A stretch of DNA of 63,991 bases, filler included, from Sphacelaria rigidula (GCA_964200075.2; 3 parts of 3 records of this genome joined end to end with filler, not necessarily neighbours in it), one strand, 5' to 3'; positions 12,401 to 25,960 are shown, counted from the whole stretch's first letter. The notes: generated by a model from the sequence alone, not told the origin. Translations and numbers: made by a program.

Positions 12401-15400
12401 CCCAGGAACAGGTGGAAGGGGTCCCCCCGACCACTCGGTGTTGCCGGCGAGCTTGCTGAGGAATTCTTCGTCTTCGACGCTGCTCCACGAGCTCGGCGTG
12501 GGACTGTTCGCTTCTTTCTCGTGAAAGTTCCAGCTCTCCACGCTGTCATGATCCCGTCCATCACCGGCACCCGTTGAGGAGTAGTCCTCATCGCCTCGCC
12601 TCCCCGCCTTCGTCCCAGCCCCACCGCCGAAGAGGTCAATTTGAGCAGCAGGAACTAGCGGCACCTGTGCATAATGATTAAGCATTGCGAGCCAAAAGTA
12701 CCCGGATCGACAATCAATTTAGGTGTGCAGCATTCTCCCAACATTAGTCGTTTGCATGAATTTACGAGAAACGTAGTTCGCGGCCGCTTTCTCGTCAGAA
12801 TGTTTTTCTGCGCTTATTCAGCGTATATCATTTTTCTCGCACGAATTTCCCCCCCGGTGGATGAAGCTCTCCCATAAGCTCAACCCTGACCCTACAACAT
12901 CCGATTGCCCCTGCCCACCCGCTTCTACACCCAGCCCGCGGACATCTACCGCACCACCTGATACTCACCCGAGCCATGGAATTCAACGTCTTGAGCTCTC
13001 GTATGAGTTGGTTTCGCTTTTCATCGTCGTGCACCTGCATGATCTTGACCGCTACCAGGCGCATGGACGGCACATGTAAGGCCTTGTGCACGGTACCGCC
13101 CCCGCCCCTCCCTAGCTCCTCCAACAAAATAGTTGTCTCGTTCATGCGGCGAGCCACCGTTGTGGTCGACGGGGGCGGAAGGTCTCCCCCGCCCGCATTT
13201 TCGCCGGCGTTGCTGCCGCCGCCCCACCCGCCCCTGCCTCCACCACCGTGGTCCTCGGTGGCGCCGGCGTCGGCGGCACCGGGAGCCAAGCGACCGCCGA
13301 TGCCAAAGCTGCTCTCGACGCTGCAGGGCGGCTGCTGTTCCGACTCGAAGGCTGTCGCAAGCGATCGAGGCCGCGTGCTGCCGCTGCAGCGGCCTCTTTC
13401 CACGAAAGATGTCTTGCAAGTCCGGTGTCTGCCGCCGCTGCCGCAGGAGGGACCTGCTGCAGTTCAGAATTCGTGCGGTATGACGCATTGGGTACCGTGG
13501 AACATGCAGTGAAGATTGAGATGGTGGTGGTGGAGCTCCGGGGTTTATCAAGACGAGCTGAGCATCTATATCATACGAAAGTGCCACTAGAAAGGTGGGA
13601 GGCCAGGGTTCGGTGATTTTGCAAGGAGTGCAGGGCGGGACATGTTCCCCTCGGAGCGCACAATTCACGGTTTACTGGCGGTTTCAGTCTGCAAAAAAAA
13701 GGATTCAGCAGGACAGATACAACACGAAGACAGCATTTTTCTTACCTGAAAAGTGGGTCGGGGTTGGCGCCGATCTCATGCCGTTCTGATCGAGGACAAA
13801 GCCGTCAATCTCCAGCGTTCCGCTCTCACTGAACTGGTACGATTGCTCCAGCGATGGGGGCACCGGAATACTCAGCTCGAGCGAGATTCCCATGATATCA
13901 CTAGCACCGCCACCGCTCCCGTCTCGACCACTGACATCGCTAGCGCAGTGCACTTCGCCGTTGGCGTGACCCTTATCCCGCGACGGGCCCATCTTACGTC
14001 GTGATACAGCCATGGACGGCGCACCAGCCTCCTGACTTGCCCACCCCACCTTACCCGGTTGATCCACCAGTCCAGATGCATAGATATTGTCCGCTGGCCC
14101 GTTGGTTGTATCCGCCGCCACCAGAGATTTATGACAACTGGCAGTGTGGATGCCCTGGAGATTTTTCATGCGTCTCAATCCCAATGAGCGTCCGCCACTG
14201 CGGTCTCCTTGATGGCCCGTTTCTGACGCGGCCATATCCGTACCGAACTTGCTGGCATTATTACCTGGGTAAGAAGCAGCTCTTTCCAGCTTGCCCGGCG
14301 GCGCTCTGGGCCTGTACTCTGCTCTCAAATGATCAGCAGAGGCTGCTGGGGCGAAGGTGGAATCCATCACCTTTAGTAATCCCGGTACACGGGGGAGCTC
14401 TCGCCCACTACCATCACCATCATCACAACCACAAACACCAACAAAACCACCACCGCTCCCGCTCCCGCTCCCGCTCTTGTGGGTACCACTGTTGAACTGT
14501 GGAGACAATATGTCACTCGAAAACTCGCCGGACGTTAACACAATTTCGGAATCCTCCGAAATCCTTTTGTCCCAAAAGTCTTCTTCTTCTACTGTTGTCG
14601 GTGAAGCCGGTGGCTTGCCGCCGTCGTGCTGATGAGGTTGTGTTTGCTCGACTCCCCTCCCTACCCCTCCCTGCCCCCAGCCGCCGCCACTTAAGTTGCT
14701 TGTGCGCCTAACACCGAGTAGGCCTTTCTTGTTGTGTGCCATGGTTTGCGCCGAAGAGAGCGTTCCGACCTCTGTGCGCTTGTGATGTTGGGGCTGACGG
14801 TAATGAAGATGATCGTGAGGCGGCTCCGCCCTGGACGGTGCTGATGTCGGCGAGCCCTCAACATCGCCATTGGTAGTATCACTGACACGGAAAGTTGACG
14901 CCGGCGCTATCGCGCCGGACAGTTTCGCCAATAAGTCGCTTCCTTCCGTCTCTTGTACTGCGCACGATTTTGTCGGCACTGTCGATGTCGGTGCTACTAC
15001 GGCTCGCTCGGAAGTCATCGACCGAGACACCACCGCTGTCGTTGGCCGTCCCCCCGGATTCATGATCGTTGTGGTAGCCGCCCGGTTCGGCGTGGATGGC
15101 GTGGATGGTGATATCAGCGGTGACCACACGGCACCGTTGGATATAGTGGACTTTGGCTGCTGTTGGTACTGCTTCAGTCCAGCGGTCGGGTGTTGAGGTG
15201 ACATCTCTTCGTTGTATTCCTGTTTTTTTATTATTATTGTTGTGGTTGGTTGTTCGCTTGCACATACTGTTCATTGTTCGTTCGACCGAGAACGCTAACA
15301 AGCACGAGGTTTGACCATCATGAACGGATCGAGTTCATCGTATACTCCGGAGCACCAACTGCGGTACGCCAAAGGGCTGAAGTAGAAAGAACCACTCAAT

Positions 15401-18222
15401 TGTGCATTCTATTTCGGCAGATGTTTGCCGTACTTGCCCACTTGATCTTTGGCAGACAGTACGTGTGAATGTGTTCACAGAAGCCTTCGCGTAAGACGTA
15501 AGAGCCAGAATCTGTCTATTACGACATGAGTGGTTCTGCTGTATGCAAAAAACATTTCTAGGTAGGGGTGCTGGATTTGGGGCTTTTTTGTCGATAACGG
15601 TGACACAGTGGTATACGAAATCCAAGTCGCACAGAACGTGAGACGACCCTCTCGCAGGCAAACACTACAAACTATGAGATTTGACATCGTTTTAGAAACA
15701 CAAGGTGAATATACCCCAAGCAAGATTTGGCCAAAGAAGTGCACCCGAACCGAAGAATCACTCATATCCATATCCTCGGTGGAGAGTTTGAGTTTGTTAT
15801 GTGAACCTTCCGACAACGGGTCGAAAGAAACAAATGAATCTCTCCGCCAGATTTCAGAATGAGAGGTCCAATGGATCAATCGACAGAACGGCGTACAGTA
15901 TATGGCGAGACTAGAGGGCAACACCCTCCCGGTCTGTATACCTCGAGAATGCACGTGCGCAATTGACCGGGAGGGTGCAGCACCAAACAGGCAATACTGA
16001 GGCCGCTGGCACATTAAAGTTCAACTGAAATAATGGCCGATCTGCTTCCACCCCTCCCTCACCACACTCACCACAGTACTAGCGACCGACTGATCGACAG
16101 GTCGTCGAGTTGTCCCCGAGCGACCACAGGAAGAAGGGAGAGGCGAGCATGGATTTTCTGCCCGATCTTCCCGTAGATACGACGGCCCTCCTGCGGGAAA
16201 GTCAGGCCTTGGCGATAGCACGGTGTCGAGTATGCGAAGCGCTTTTGCGGCACGTCTTGCATGCCCTAGTTTCATGTTAGCCCGGTGTAGGTCTTCTTCC
16301 GTGGCGTCCTGATGTGGAGGTAATGACCGGTCCAGACCGAATAAGTGGAGGGTTGAAGAAAAATATGAGAACGACAAAACCACTCAAGCGCGTTACTCAT
16401 CAATCAGTGCGTATACACGTGATGGTGTGTGTGAAACAAGAACCCCTGCACACAGCAGCATCAATTATTCAACGCACGTACGTGTACACCTAGAATAAGC
16501 GTAGAAGTTTGCATATACTTTTCACCACCCTGTCGGGAAAGTTAACGTACATGGACTTGTACTTGACAACGAAAGAGCTCAATGCTCCCTGTATCATGAG
16601 TTACCATGTCAAAAGAGCTAACATGATATATATTGGCGTCCCGTCGTCACGAAAACAAATCGGAGTTCCTAACGGCGTTACTGATATACAAATATATACA
16701 AAAAAACAAATTTGAGTTCCTAACGGTATCAAGTCAGCGCGGCCAAAACATACATATGTATCTTACTCAGCGGAAAATCCAAGATCGCTCCACGTGATCA
16801 CACGTTGTGCGGCATGCTTTTGTATCATGTACACGACGCCGTCTTGGTTAGGTTGATCGAACGATGAAGGGGTTGCGGACTATCTAGAGCGAGGTGGACG
16901 GCGAGTTACGAATAGATTTGACTCGATTTCGGATCCTTTTCGCCATGGCTTGTTGGGTAAAAGTATATATGTGTGTTCCTGAAGCAGTTGCGGTGCGTGG
17001 CTACCGCGACATTCTACTCACATACGCTTCGAAAATATTTCAAGTACAAGAAAGTTACAAGTCCCATGATTTTCAATTGCACTCGATGCCAAGTGAAAAT
17101 CGCTGCAGCCTTCCATGGATGGACAGAATAGTGGAATGTACATGCCGCCGTACGCGCAAATATCGGTAGGTGGAGTATACACACACCAAATACTAATCGC
17201 TCGTCGCCCAGTAGACGTCGTTGCTGTTGCGGTGGCGTGGTCTCTGTCTTGACTGAAAATGTCAAACACGAAAATATGAAGGGGGAATAAAGTATACTAC
17301 TACTTTGACATCCAAGGTGCGTGGATCTAGTAATTATCTGTCGCAATAGAAAGTAGCACATGTTTCATTCCACCAGGATTTCTACATCACCAAGAGAGTG
17401 GTCAAGATCTGTGAAGGTAGTCAAAACTGAAACACCCGCCACCCTACCGGTGCTACCGTCTGTCTGCGTTTTCCACCCAAAAAAGACTGTGACGTACAGT
17501 AAAACTCAGATGCCTCTTAACTCCACCCCCCCCTCTCGCTCTCGCTCTCCCCTTGCCCCTCGCCCCTTGTCCCCTTTCTTTCTTCCTGTCTCTTCTCCCC
17601 TCAACACGGTAGTGTCAAGGCAACGCACACACCCAGTGGGTATAATTGAACATCGTGGTGACTGCTGCCGTATTCTCGGCGACACATTAATATGGGTACT
17701 TGGCATACCTCCCAGTGGCAAAAAACATATCACAGACGGGGCATACATTATTGCTATTTAGCTCCAAGACCCTACAACATACCCGGCAACACATTACTTG
17801 ACATACGTCGTCGTGGCAAAAAAGATGTCACAGACGGGGCATACATTATTACTGTTTAGCTCCAAGACCCTACAACACGGCGTGGAGAGAAAATACAGAA
17901 CTCTGAAAAAACGACGTCGCCTGTTGAACCAGGGAAGCAAAACGAAACAATGACCCGCCCGGAAGTCCACGTATTATTGAAGTTTGAAGTTTGTCGTGAC
18001 TAGACGGAGGCAACTCTTTAAAACGCAGATTACCATTTGCGCGTAAGCATGGCGATGTGCCTATATCACATGCATACTTCGTACCTCTTGCAGTGACTGT
18101 ATGTCGTCGAATCCCAGCGCAAGAAGTGCATCAACGTAGACTTTGGCTTGTTCTCGAGGGATCCGCAGGGACACAAGCCAGGACAGCATGGATTGTTGAT
18201 GTTCATCTTGTTCCGTGTGCAT
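9492..18222 (-). CDS. MAP kinase kinase (STE7/MAP2K family) with N-terminal SAM domain, 8 exons, ~1489 aa
   Basis: Exons (minus): 18222-18085, 16308-16072, 15219-13746, 13453-12969, 12664-11744, 11518-11246, 10922-10718, 10228-9492. All introns are GT-AG with matching phases. Kinase motifs: LGRGGGGTVHKA, VAVK, ELKTL, MEYMDGGTL, QIHRDIKPSNILL, VKLSDFG, TFTGTLTYMSPERI, YSYPSDIWSLGL, ALGKFP. MEYMDGG and YMSPERI are typical of MAP2K. The start codon and the linkage of the first two exons are provisional. Confidence 0.85.
11246..13130 (-). other. Protein kinase domain (MAP2K type), spread over exons 4-6
   Basis: Subdomains I-III in 13130-12969, IV-IX in 12133-11744, X-XI in 11518-11310. Confidence 0.93.
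16072..18222 (-). other. SAM (sterile alpha motif) domain split over two exons
   Basis: The spliced translation SMLSWLVSLRIPREQAKVYVDALLALGFDDIQSLQE|DATEEDLHRANMKLGHARRAAKAL fits the SAM pattern WL..L.L..Y...F...gfD....L....EDL...G.K.GH...I..AL. Confidence 0.8.
17717..17877. repeat. Direct duplication of about 62 bp (intronic)
   Basis: ggcaaaaaa..tcacagacggggcatacattatt..tttagctccaagaccctacaaca occurs at about 17717 and about 17815. Confidence 0.8.
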
Positions 18223-19949
18223 AATCCCAATCTCGGTTGTCGTGCCACCGCTGGCGGTATACCTGTGACGAGGAGGGGAGGGGGGACTACGAAAAGAACA
18301 CTGTACCGCTGTTGTTGTTGCCGCTGCAGCTGTTGTTGCTGTTGTTGTCGCTGCTGCTTCTACTTCCGTCCTATCTGAACCTCTCTGACTGGTGGGTCTT
18401 TTAAGACAGTCATGAAAAGAGGCTGCTGCGGGCGATTATTATTGATATCTCCCTATCAATCTTGATCCCTAGCCCTCCGAAATCACGGCGTTCGGTATCT
18501 GCTGCTGGAGATTGTCCATGTAGCTGTAGCCTTGATCTGTTATGTTGTGTGCAGCAATACTGTTGCTTCAGGTATCTGTGGGTCGTAGCTCATTCGATGA
18601 ACAACAGCTGGTGAGGGTGTCTCGTGTGACGTAATGTTGGGTTGGTGAGTACGCATTCTCTAATTGGGACAAAAACAGGCAGATGCTCAGGAGAATGGCG
18701 CGAGCGTGACAGGGGTAGCTCCTAGGTAACTTACAGGTTGAAGTTTCATCTCAAAACCATAAGTTAATATATACATTCATCATGCACGTCTTCGATACGC
18801 GGACCATCGGTACTATTTGCGGCTAACTGCGGCCCCATTTTCCTCAGTATGCATACTGTATACAAATAAAGATTACAGCTGGTCAGCAATTTGTCAGGAC
18901 ATGAATGGGTCGTCGGTGCTGTGGCCGTGTCGAGCTTCCTTCAACATCATCAATCAGCTACTTGCAGTCATGAGCCATAGCACGCGAGTTGTGTTCCCAT
19001 CAGATAAACGTCAGCCGTCCACTTGCACTTGTTCCATGCATCTCGATGAATCGCCGCACATTATATATACATGAATGAGGGGTGGTTCTTGGGTGAGTTC
19101 CTATAGTGAGGTATTGGAAATGTACTCGCGCAGGATAATATACTGTACTAGGAAATGAATCGGCAGCAGCCGAACCAATTAACAAGAGCTTGGATATAGC
19201 TGTAATTGTGCGACGCTACGCAAGAGAACAAGTAACTGCCGCGTGTATGTAATGCCGCCCACTCGCATGAACCGATACAAAGTATATCATGATACAGAAT
19301 CAAAACATACATTGCCAGGAACGTGTACGTGGATATACATGAACATGCATGAGCCGCTTATGACGTTTTTTTTTGTCGATTATTTGTTGATGCGATGCTG
19401 TAACTCACCGACCGTGCAGGGCGGACCGTCAGTAGTAGTAGTTGTTGTCGTCGTTCCCCACCTTCTACCAAAGCAAAGCAACCGAGTTGCTTGGTGCGGG
19501 TGACACATATACTGTATCCAATCAACGGTGCCCCACTGTACATTTAGCGTGGTTGAACTGAAGTAGATCCCTCTGTAAGTGTGCAACTGTACGCACATCC
19601 ATGCAATAACACAACAGACACTATAATACTGTATATATACTCATGTATCCCTACACTACTGCCGAACCGCGGTTCGCGGCTCTGGCGGGAAATGAGAACA
19701 CGATCATACGTCTTCAGTAACCCGACGGACACCAAGTGTCCATATCTACATGAAGGACTTCAAGCAACACAAATGACGTGTAACGCGTGTATACTGAATG
19801 GATGTACGTTTACGTGAGATGTTCGCCAAAAATCAGAGGAGTGGTTGAACATCCGGGCCAGCTGATTGAACATATATCGTCTTTGTCAAACCCTACAGTC
19901 TGAAAAAGGCCCATTATTAGAAAGCTTCTCAAGATTTTTTTTCAAATCA

Positions 19950-20080
19950 TAGAGTCAGAGTGCAAAGTGGAAGCTTCGAAACTTCACAGCAGTGGACGTT
20001 AAAAAGTTCATAGCGGAAGCTGATGTGACGTGGCTTGACGTGATTTTTTTTTGTCGCGGTGATTGGCCGCAGGTTGCCCC
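19950..20080. repeat. Dispersed repeat (DNA-transposon-like end), copy 2
   Basis: Homologous to 4170-4300. Ends ggccgcaggttgcccc. Confidence 0.65.
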
Positions 20081-21304
20081 GCCAAATGTACGATCGAGCA
20101 GTGTTTAGGCTTTAGTTCCGTATGCGCGTTTCTTTCTTCAAATTAATTGAGCTCCAATTTTGTTTTGATGCTTTTTTTCAGTTTTGCAAGCCCCATTTTA
20201 GGCTTTTTTAGTGCAAATTAGGCGCGCTTTTTGCGCCTTAAACCCGTCCTTGTTTTGGCGGTGTGGGAGTTTTCTCTCACGAGGTGCGCCTTCTATCATG
20301 AGGACAAGACGACAAGTTGGGCATTCGAAGTTTTGTTGATTATTTATAATAAAAAAATGAAGCTTTTTCAATTATTCAGTTTGGGGACCACAATCTTCAC
20401 AACTACACCCTAACCCACGTACGGAAACAACAAACGCCACTACACTTAACTTACAATACTTGATACAGCAGTACGACGTTGTAGCCTCTAGGCACAGGGC
20501 ATTGCAGCCTTCGGCCTCTCGCCCGGCAAGCTACAAGCTACCATCCACCACCCTCCCCGCATCATCTACCGTCAGTCAGTCGAAATTGAAAATCTTGTCG
20601 AACTACCGGTACCGATTGTACTTCATCATAATAATAACTACGGATCCGATCCGGTCACCTAACGTCTTCTCCCGCCGGGAGTTCAAGCGCCCCCCTCAAA
20701 ATCGAAAACACTCGCTCCGTAGACGCGGACGATGGCTGGATAAGTACAATAGCCATCGCCACGAGATACCAACTGGGAAGCCTGTTTTTGTTGTCATCTC
20801 AACACGACAGTAAACCATACTCCGAGTGCGCGCCTGAGGCCGCGACCAAAAAGTCGTCCTTCTCGGACAGTAGGCCCGCCATGATCTCGTGAGTTACAAA
20901 CGCTGCTATCGCTCGTTATCACTTCTCTCTGTTGGTGTGCTACTACTGCTGTCTACTGTCTGCTGTACAAAGTACAAGTGTATTACTCCCTCTGGGCGGA
21001 TTTATAAGCAAGGTTCGGACCAAAAGCGGTCTCACTCGGGCACTTGAAGGTCTTTTTCGGAACCGTTTCTTGTTGTTGTTTTTGGACCGCCGCTGCGGAA
21101 CGCACAGAATCGCCGTCTTTTAGAGGTCGCACCGAAAAAGTTCGTCGCACCCCAGCAGAAGTTGCTCGAAATCACCACCCCAACTTGGGACCACCGTCCA
21201 AAAGCCTTCCCATCTGCTGGTGAGACATAACATAGGATTCTATAAAATGAGGTTCATCAATGAAATGAGGTTCGAGCTCAAAACAGTACTTTCTCCACGC
21301 TTTC

Positions 21305-21404
21305 NNNNNNNNNNNNNNNNNNNNNNNNNNNNNNNNNNNNNNNNNNNNTTAATTAATTAANNNNNNNNNNNNNNNNNNNNNNNNNNNNNNNNNNNNNNNN
21401 NNNN
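21305..21404. other. Assembly gap with TTAATTAATTAA linker
   Basis: N-run with an embedded all-frame-stop linker. Confidence 0.95.
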
Positions 21405-23217
21405 ATTTGGCGTGGTGGTCTGTAAGATAAAAGTCAAGTGCCGCCTCGTGCCTTTCGATTGCATGTTTTCGATCGAAAAAAAATGCTTTTTCACTCGTTG
21501 CATTCCTCTCCGCGCGCCGCTAATTATAATTTTAAGTTGAAGCCCTCGAGGAACATAAATGCGGTGGACCTGTCAAGTAACACAAAAAAATTCGATCGCA
21601 CTTTGTCGATCGAAAAAAAAAATGCTAAGACACGCCCTGAGGAATCCGCGGCGAAAGATTGGCACAACAACATAATGCAACAACAGGGGCACAACACGAG
21701 CAGCAAGCAGCTTGTATCCTCCTGTTATTAGACAGTCTTGACATATGAACAGCAACGTCAGTGACAAGCTTGTCACAGAAAAGTACTATTATACATTTCG
21801 TATGGGCCAGGTCGTTATCTCGAGATGACCAATGTACTTGTGAGAGATACTGATTGGCTCATTGAGGCTTCATTCCTTCTGTGGGCAGGGGTCGATGCAC
21901 ACTTTCCCCAAATATAGTGTCCAAAACCGGCCCCCATTCACCCCCCATAACTGTAACCTGCTGGCGCATGGGTGCTGGGAGGATCAACCACTTTGATTGT
22001 AGATCATCTCCGTCCTATACTCACTTTTCAAGTGAGGACAACGTCGATTCGGTTCGTGTCTCCTCATTTCGCTCACTAGCTAGGGTATGCGGTGGAAATC
22101 GGAAAATCCGATCGGGTAGGCCCACAAAACATATGTACCTAGTTTATTCACTTGTTTTACCCGTTTTCTTGGCTTTTTACCGATGAGGTCGAAAGCAACA
22201 GTCTCGACTTTTTCAAGCGAGAACGCAACGCAACGCAACGCAACGCAAAAAAAGTATAAATCAGACAAGGTACAACAACTGTCATGTGCCACCGCTGGAA
22301 ACGTGTGCTTGGCATTTCAACGCTCGATAGCTGATACCCTCAAAGTTGACCACAGTACTTACACGGCGCTTTTCCCGGTAGCGTTGATAGATCGATATAT
22401 GTTGATCGAACGGCGCCCTTCTACGTGAAAATCTGTCCACCTTTTTTTTTTCACGAGGAAAACAGCCAGTTTGAGGTGACGCGTTCGTCCAAGAGCAGAC
22501 AGTCGTGGTTCAGTCCGTCACCGATTGGCACGAAATCAACCATATGATTGAGAACCACCGTCCTGGCTATCGGGCACTGTACCGGGCGTGACCTATCTCT
22601 ATATTACCGTGTGAGCAACTGTAAGGGAACAAGATGAGGACCGTGAGGCGAGCAAGGGTACAAATCAATTTCGTGAGGGAGGGGTTGGTGAAGTGACGGT
22701 ATCTGATGGAGTCATTTTTTTTCTCTACATACCTTTTCACGTACCTTTTCTGGACGCCTCCTTACCTATGGAAGGCTGGTGGGGACTGCCCCCACCTATA
22801 TATATGTGTGTTTGGCCCTCGCCACTATCCAAACCCTGAGCAAGATTAACCATAGCACCCGTAAACGATTCTTCGGTATATTTATGTTGCCGTTCACACA
22901 ACACAACGACCAAACCCGTCGTGCTCGGTCGAACATGGAATTCCGACTCTGCCCGCTCTGGGCACCAACCAAGGTGTGAGTGTTTTTTCGGGGCTACTCT
23001 ATTTGCTGAGATGTTGTCTTCTCTTTTTGTGGCTCTTTCGTTCTAAGAATGAACCGAGGGTCGAGAAAATGAACGGTTCTTTGGTGTCGAAGCACATCAG
23101 AACGTCCCTCAGCAATTATTTCTGCCGAAGGAGAACGCGCGTCCTGCTCGAGGACGTACCAGTTGTTGGGAAATGTTCCGATGCACTGTGGGTGTGTCAC
23201 TGGGTCATGTGACATTC

Positions 23218-23595
23218 GATAGCTGATGATAGATAACTTGTCGCACGGTTCGGTTCCACCGCATACTGTTACGTTAGTGCGCTGGATACCACATCTGATG
23301 GCATTCAATGGCACAGGCAGTAGTCCGTCGCAACTCCAAAGATGTTTGCGTACAATCCATGTCCGCTGGAGGAGTACTGTTGAGTTATAACTTACCCACC
23401 CCCGAGATAGCTGATGATTGAGAACTTGTCGCACGGTTCGGTTCCACCGCATACTGTTACGTTAGTGCGCTGGATACCACATCTGATGGCATTCAATGGC
23501 ACAGGCAGTAGTCCGTCGCAACTCCAAAGATGTTTGCGTACAATCCATGTCCGCTGGAGGAGTACTGTTGAGTTATAACTTACCCACCCCCGAGA
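23218..23595. repeat. Near-perfect tandem duplication, 188 bp x2
   Basis: Units start at 23218 and 23406 (gatagctgatgat...cttacccacccccgaga). Confidence 0.92.
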
Positions 23596-25960
23596 GCGTG
23601 TGGCAGCGTCTCCCATGTGACCACGGCGTCGAGTTGTACCATCCCTGTATCAAGAAATCAAAGTACGATTCATGAGGAGAAAACCATGACTATAGCTCAT
23701 AGGCTCGGGGTAGGTCATCTGTTCAATTGGCATCACGTTCAATCGAGAAAGGGTTGGTGAACACCCACATGGCTCACCCTACTAGTAGCGGTTACGCACT
23801 GGACCCTTTGGTCGCCAGGGTTGGTCATCTGATGAACCGGCATCATCGCATTGAACGAATGCGAGTTCAGACCCGGATGTTCCATCCTGACACGTGAAGG
23901 GTTTTGGCTGAGATGCGCTTGGTACAGAAGAAGCGTTCATGTTCCCGACCCTCTGTGGAGCTTTCGCATTTCAAAATTTCATTATATTACTAGATTTCAA
24001 TGGCAATATCGGGATTCGAATCTTCAGTACGGCTGACACTCATTTTTTCCGAATCGGTACAACAGGCGCCCATTTGAGGTCTACCAACGCTCACCTCGCC
24101 TGTGGAACTATTTGTACCCCCCCCTTCCCCGAGGGTTCCCGGTGTACCTAGGGTTGAGGTTGATATTATTCGGAGAATATGTCAACCATGGGTAGACTGT
24201 AGACGAGTTAGGACACCCCCACCTTTTACCGTTCGTGCAAAAAACGCGAAACACCGACATGTTTGTTGGCGCAACAGAGCGGTCAAAATCAGAATTCAAT
24301 CCCGAGTGAGCTCGATGGGTTTGGTCTTGGTCTTCGATGAAAGGCATAAGTAATGTGCTGAAGAGGGCAATTCTTGGAGTACCATGGTTGCTTTTGCCCA
24401 GGGTCTGGGGAGAGGTGGTTTAATCATTATACGGCGACCCCCCCCCCGCAGGTGAACTGAGATGGACTATTCCACATTTAGGGTTCATGAGAGTCCTTTC
24501 CTTGCTCAACGGAACGCCTTTTTCATAAACATGTGGATGTGTGGCATCTGTATAAAAAAATAGTCCCGTAAAACCCCCGACCGATTTGACCCTGCAGTCA
24601 ATTTCGTGCAGTCAGCATGTGTGCTCTATTTCTTCGATGGACACAACGAGAAGAAACAGTCCGCGTGCCATCGCTCTCCACCGAGCAGTCTACTGCATGT
24701 TGCTGATGTCTCTCCTTAGTGCTCCACGACAACACTCCTGACAGTGTACAGCCACGCTTGCAACACATGGGTGGCCAAGAAGGCGGTATAGACCACGACC
24801 GGGGTAAACAGCATGTTGTCTGTGTCATCTATGGACGAATTGTCAGTACCGAAATGAGAAATATGGGTAGACAGCGAAGTAGTCCATCTGCAGGGGAACA
24901 AAGTGACGATGTTGATAACAGTGATTCGTCAGAAAGGTCACTCTGCTTCTCTCCGACCTCCTTCTTGGCTTCTGATTCTCCTCGGGAAACTTCCATACAC
25001 GCATGGCTGACTTGGTGAGCTTTTCGGCTGTCCTGCAAACAGGCCCACACCCCCTGTAAAAAAATATCCGCCCCGTCCCCTGGAAAATCTCGAATATCCT
25101 TGGACTGTCGGCCGGGTAAACTGTTCCGAAATGACACTCGCTGCCCAAAGGTTAACCGGAGTTGGGCTACATGTTGTTCATGGTTGAAACATTGTATCGC
25201 TAACCCTGAGCCTAACCAACCCAAGGCGTGCTGAAAACCCTCGGGTGAAGGAGGTGCATGGGGTTCCCGGGGCAAAGCGTGAGAGTGTGCGTTGGTATAC
25301 CTCAAATTGGCGCCTGTGGCGCCGAGTTCGACGAAAACGCATTCTGCGCACCCTAGGAGAACACGGGACTGTCCGGCCCCCCTGAAGACCTGATTCTTTT
25401 GTAGACTCGAATCAAGTAATATCAGATTGTAGCCCAACTCGGGTCAACTCTGACGGTGATCCCCGCCGGCTTTGAAAAGGTTGGAAAGGCAGTCCAGAAG
25501 AGGTAGTGAGGGAACAAGAAGACTACACTGAATGTACCCGTGCGAAGTCGGCCCAACGAGGGAAAAGTGCAAAATTGCGGTGAGGCGTTTTTGTTGCACA
25601 TGTACCGCACGATACGAGAGTGCGTTATTTTCGGTATCTTCGTGCTCAGGTGTAGCACTTGGTTCTCCATTCGATGTGGTGTGGATACCTCCGAGCACGT
25701 GTAGGGTGTGTGGTGGGTTTCCCTGTTGCTCGATTGTGTACATGAAATAGATTAATCACCTTTTGAGGGTGAAAGAAAACACGTCGAGATGTTTTTTACT
25801 TGCCTGGAAGCCCAATGAAAGTCGTGCCGCATTATCGTACAACCTATCCCGGATCTAGATGGTGGTTGAAAAGCGCCTGTACTCTTGTGAATCGGGAAGG
25901 TTTTCACGTTTTTTTTTTTCATTACTTATTCGTGTTCGGTTTGTTGTGACGCACGGGCAC

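Noticed and set aside
16765-16882. Additional exon between the two SAM exons
   Set aside because: It ends in phase 2 and would interrupt an otherwise contiguous SAM pattern.
21349-21360. TTAATTAATTAA inside N-runs (also 42747-42758)
   Set aside because: Identical linker centred in 100-base gaps. This is a scaffolding artefact, unlike the real (TAAT)n tails at 1603 and 56072.
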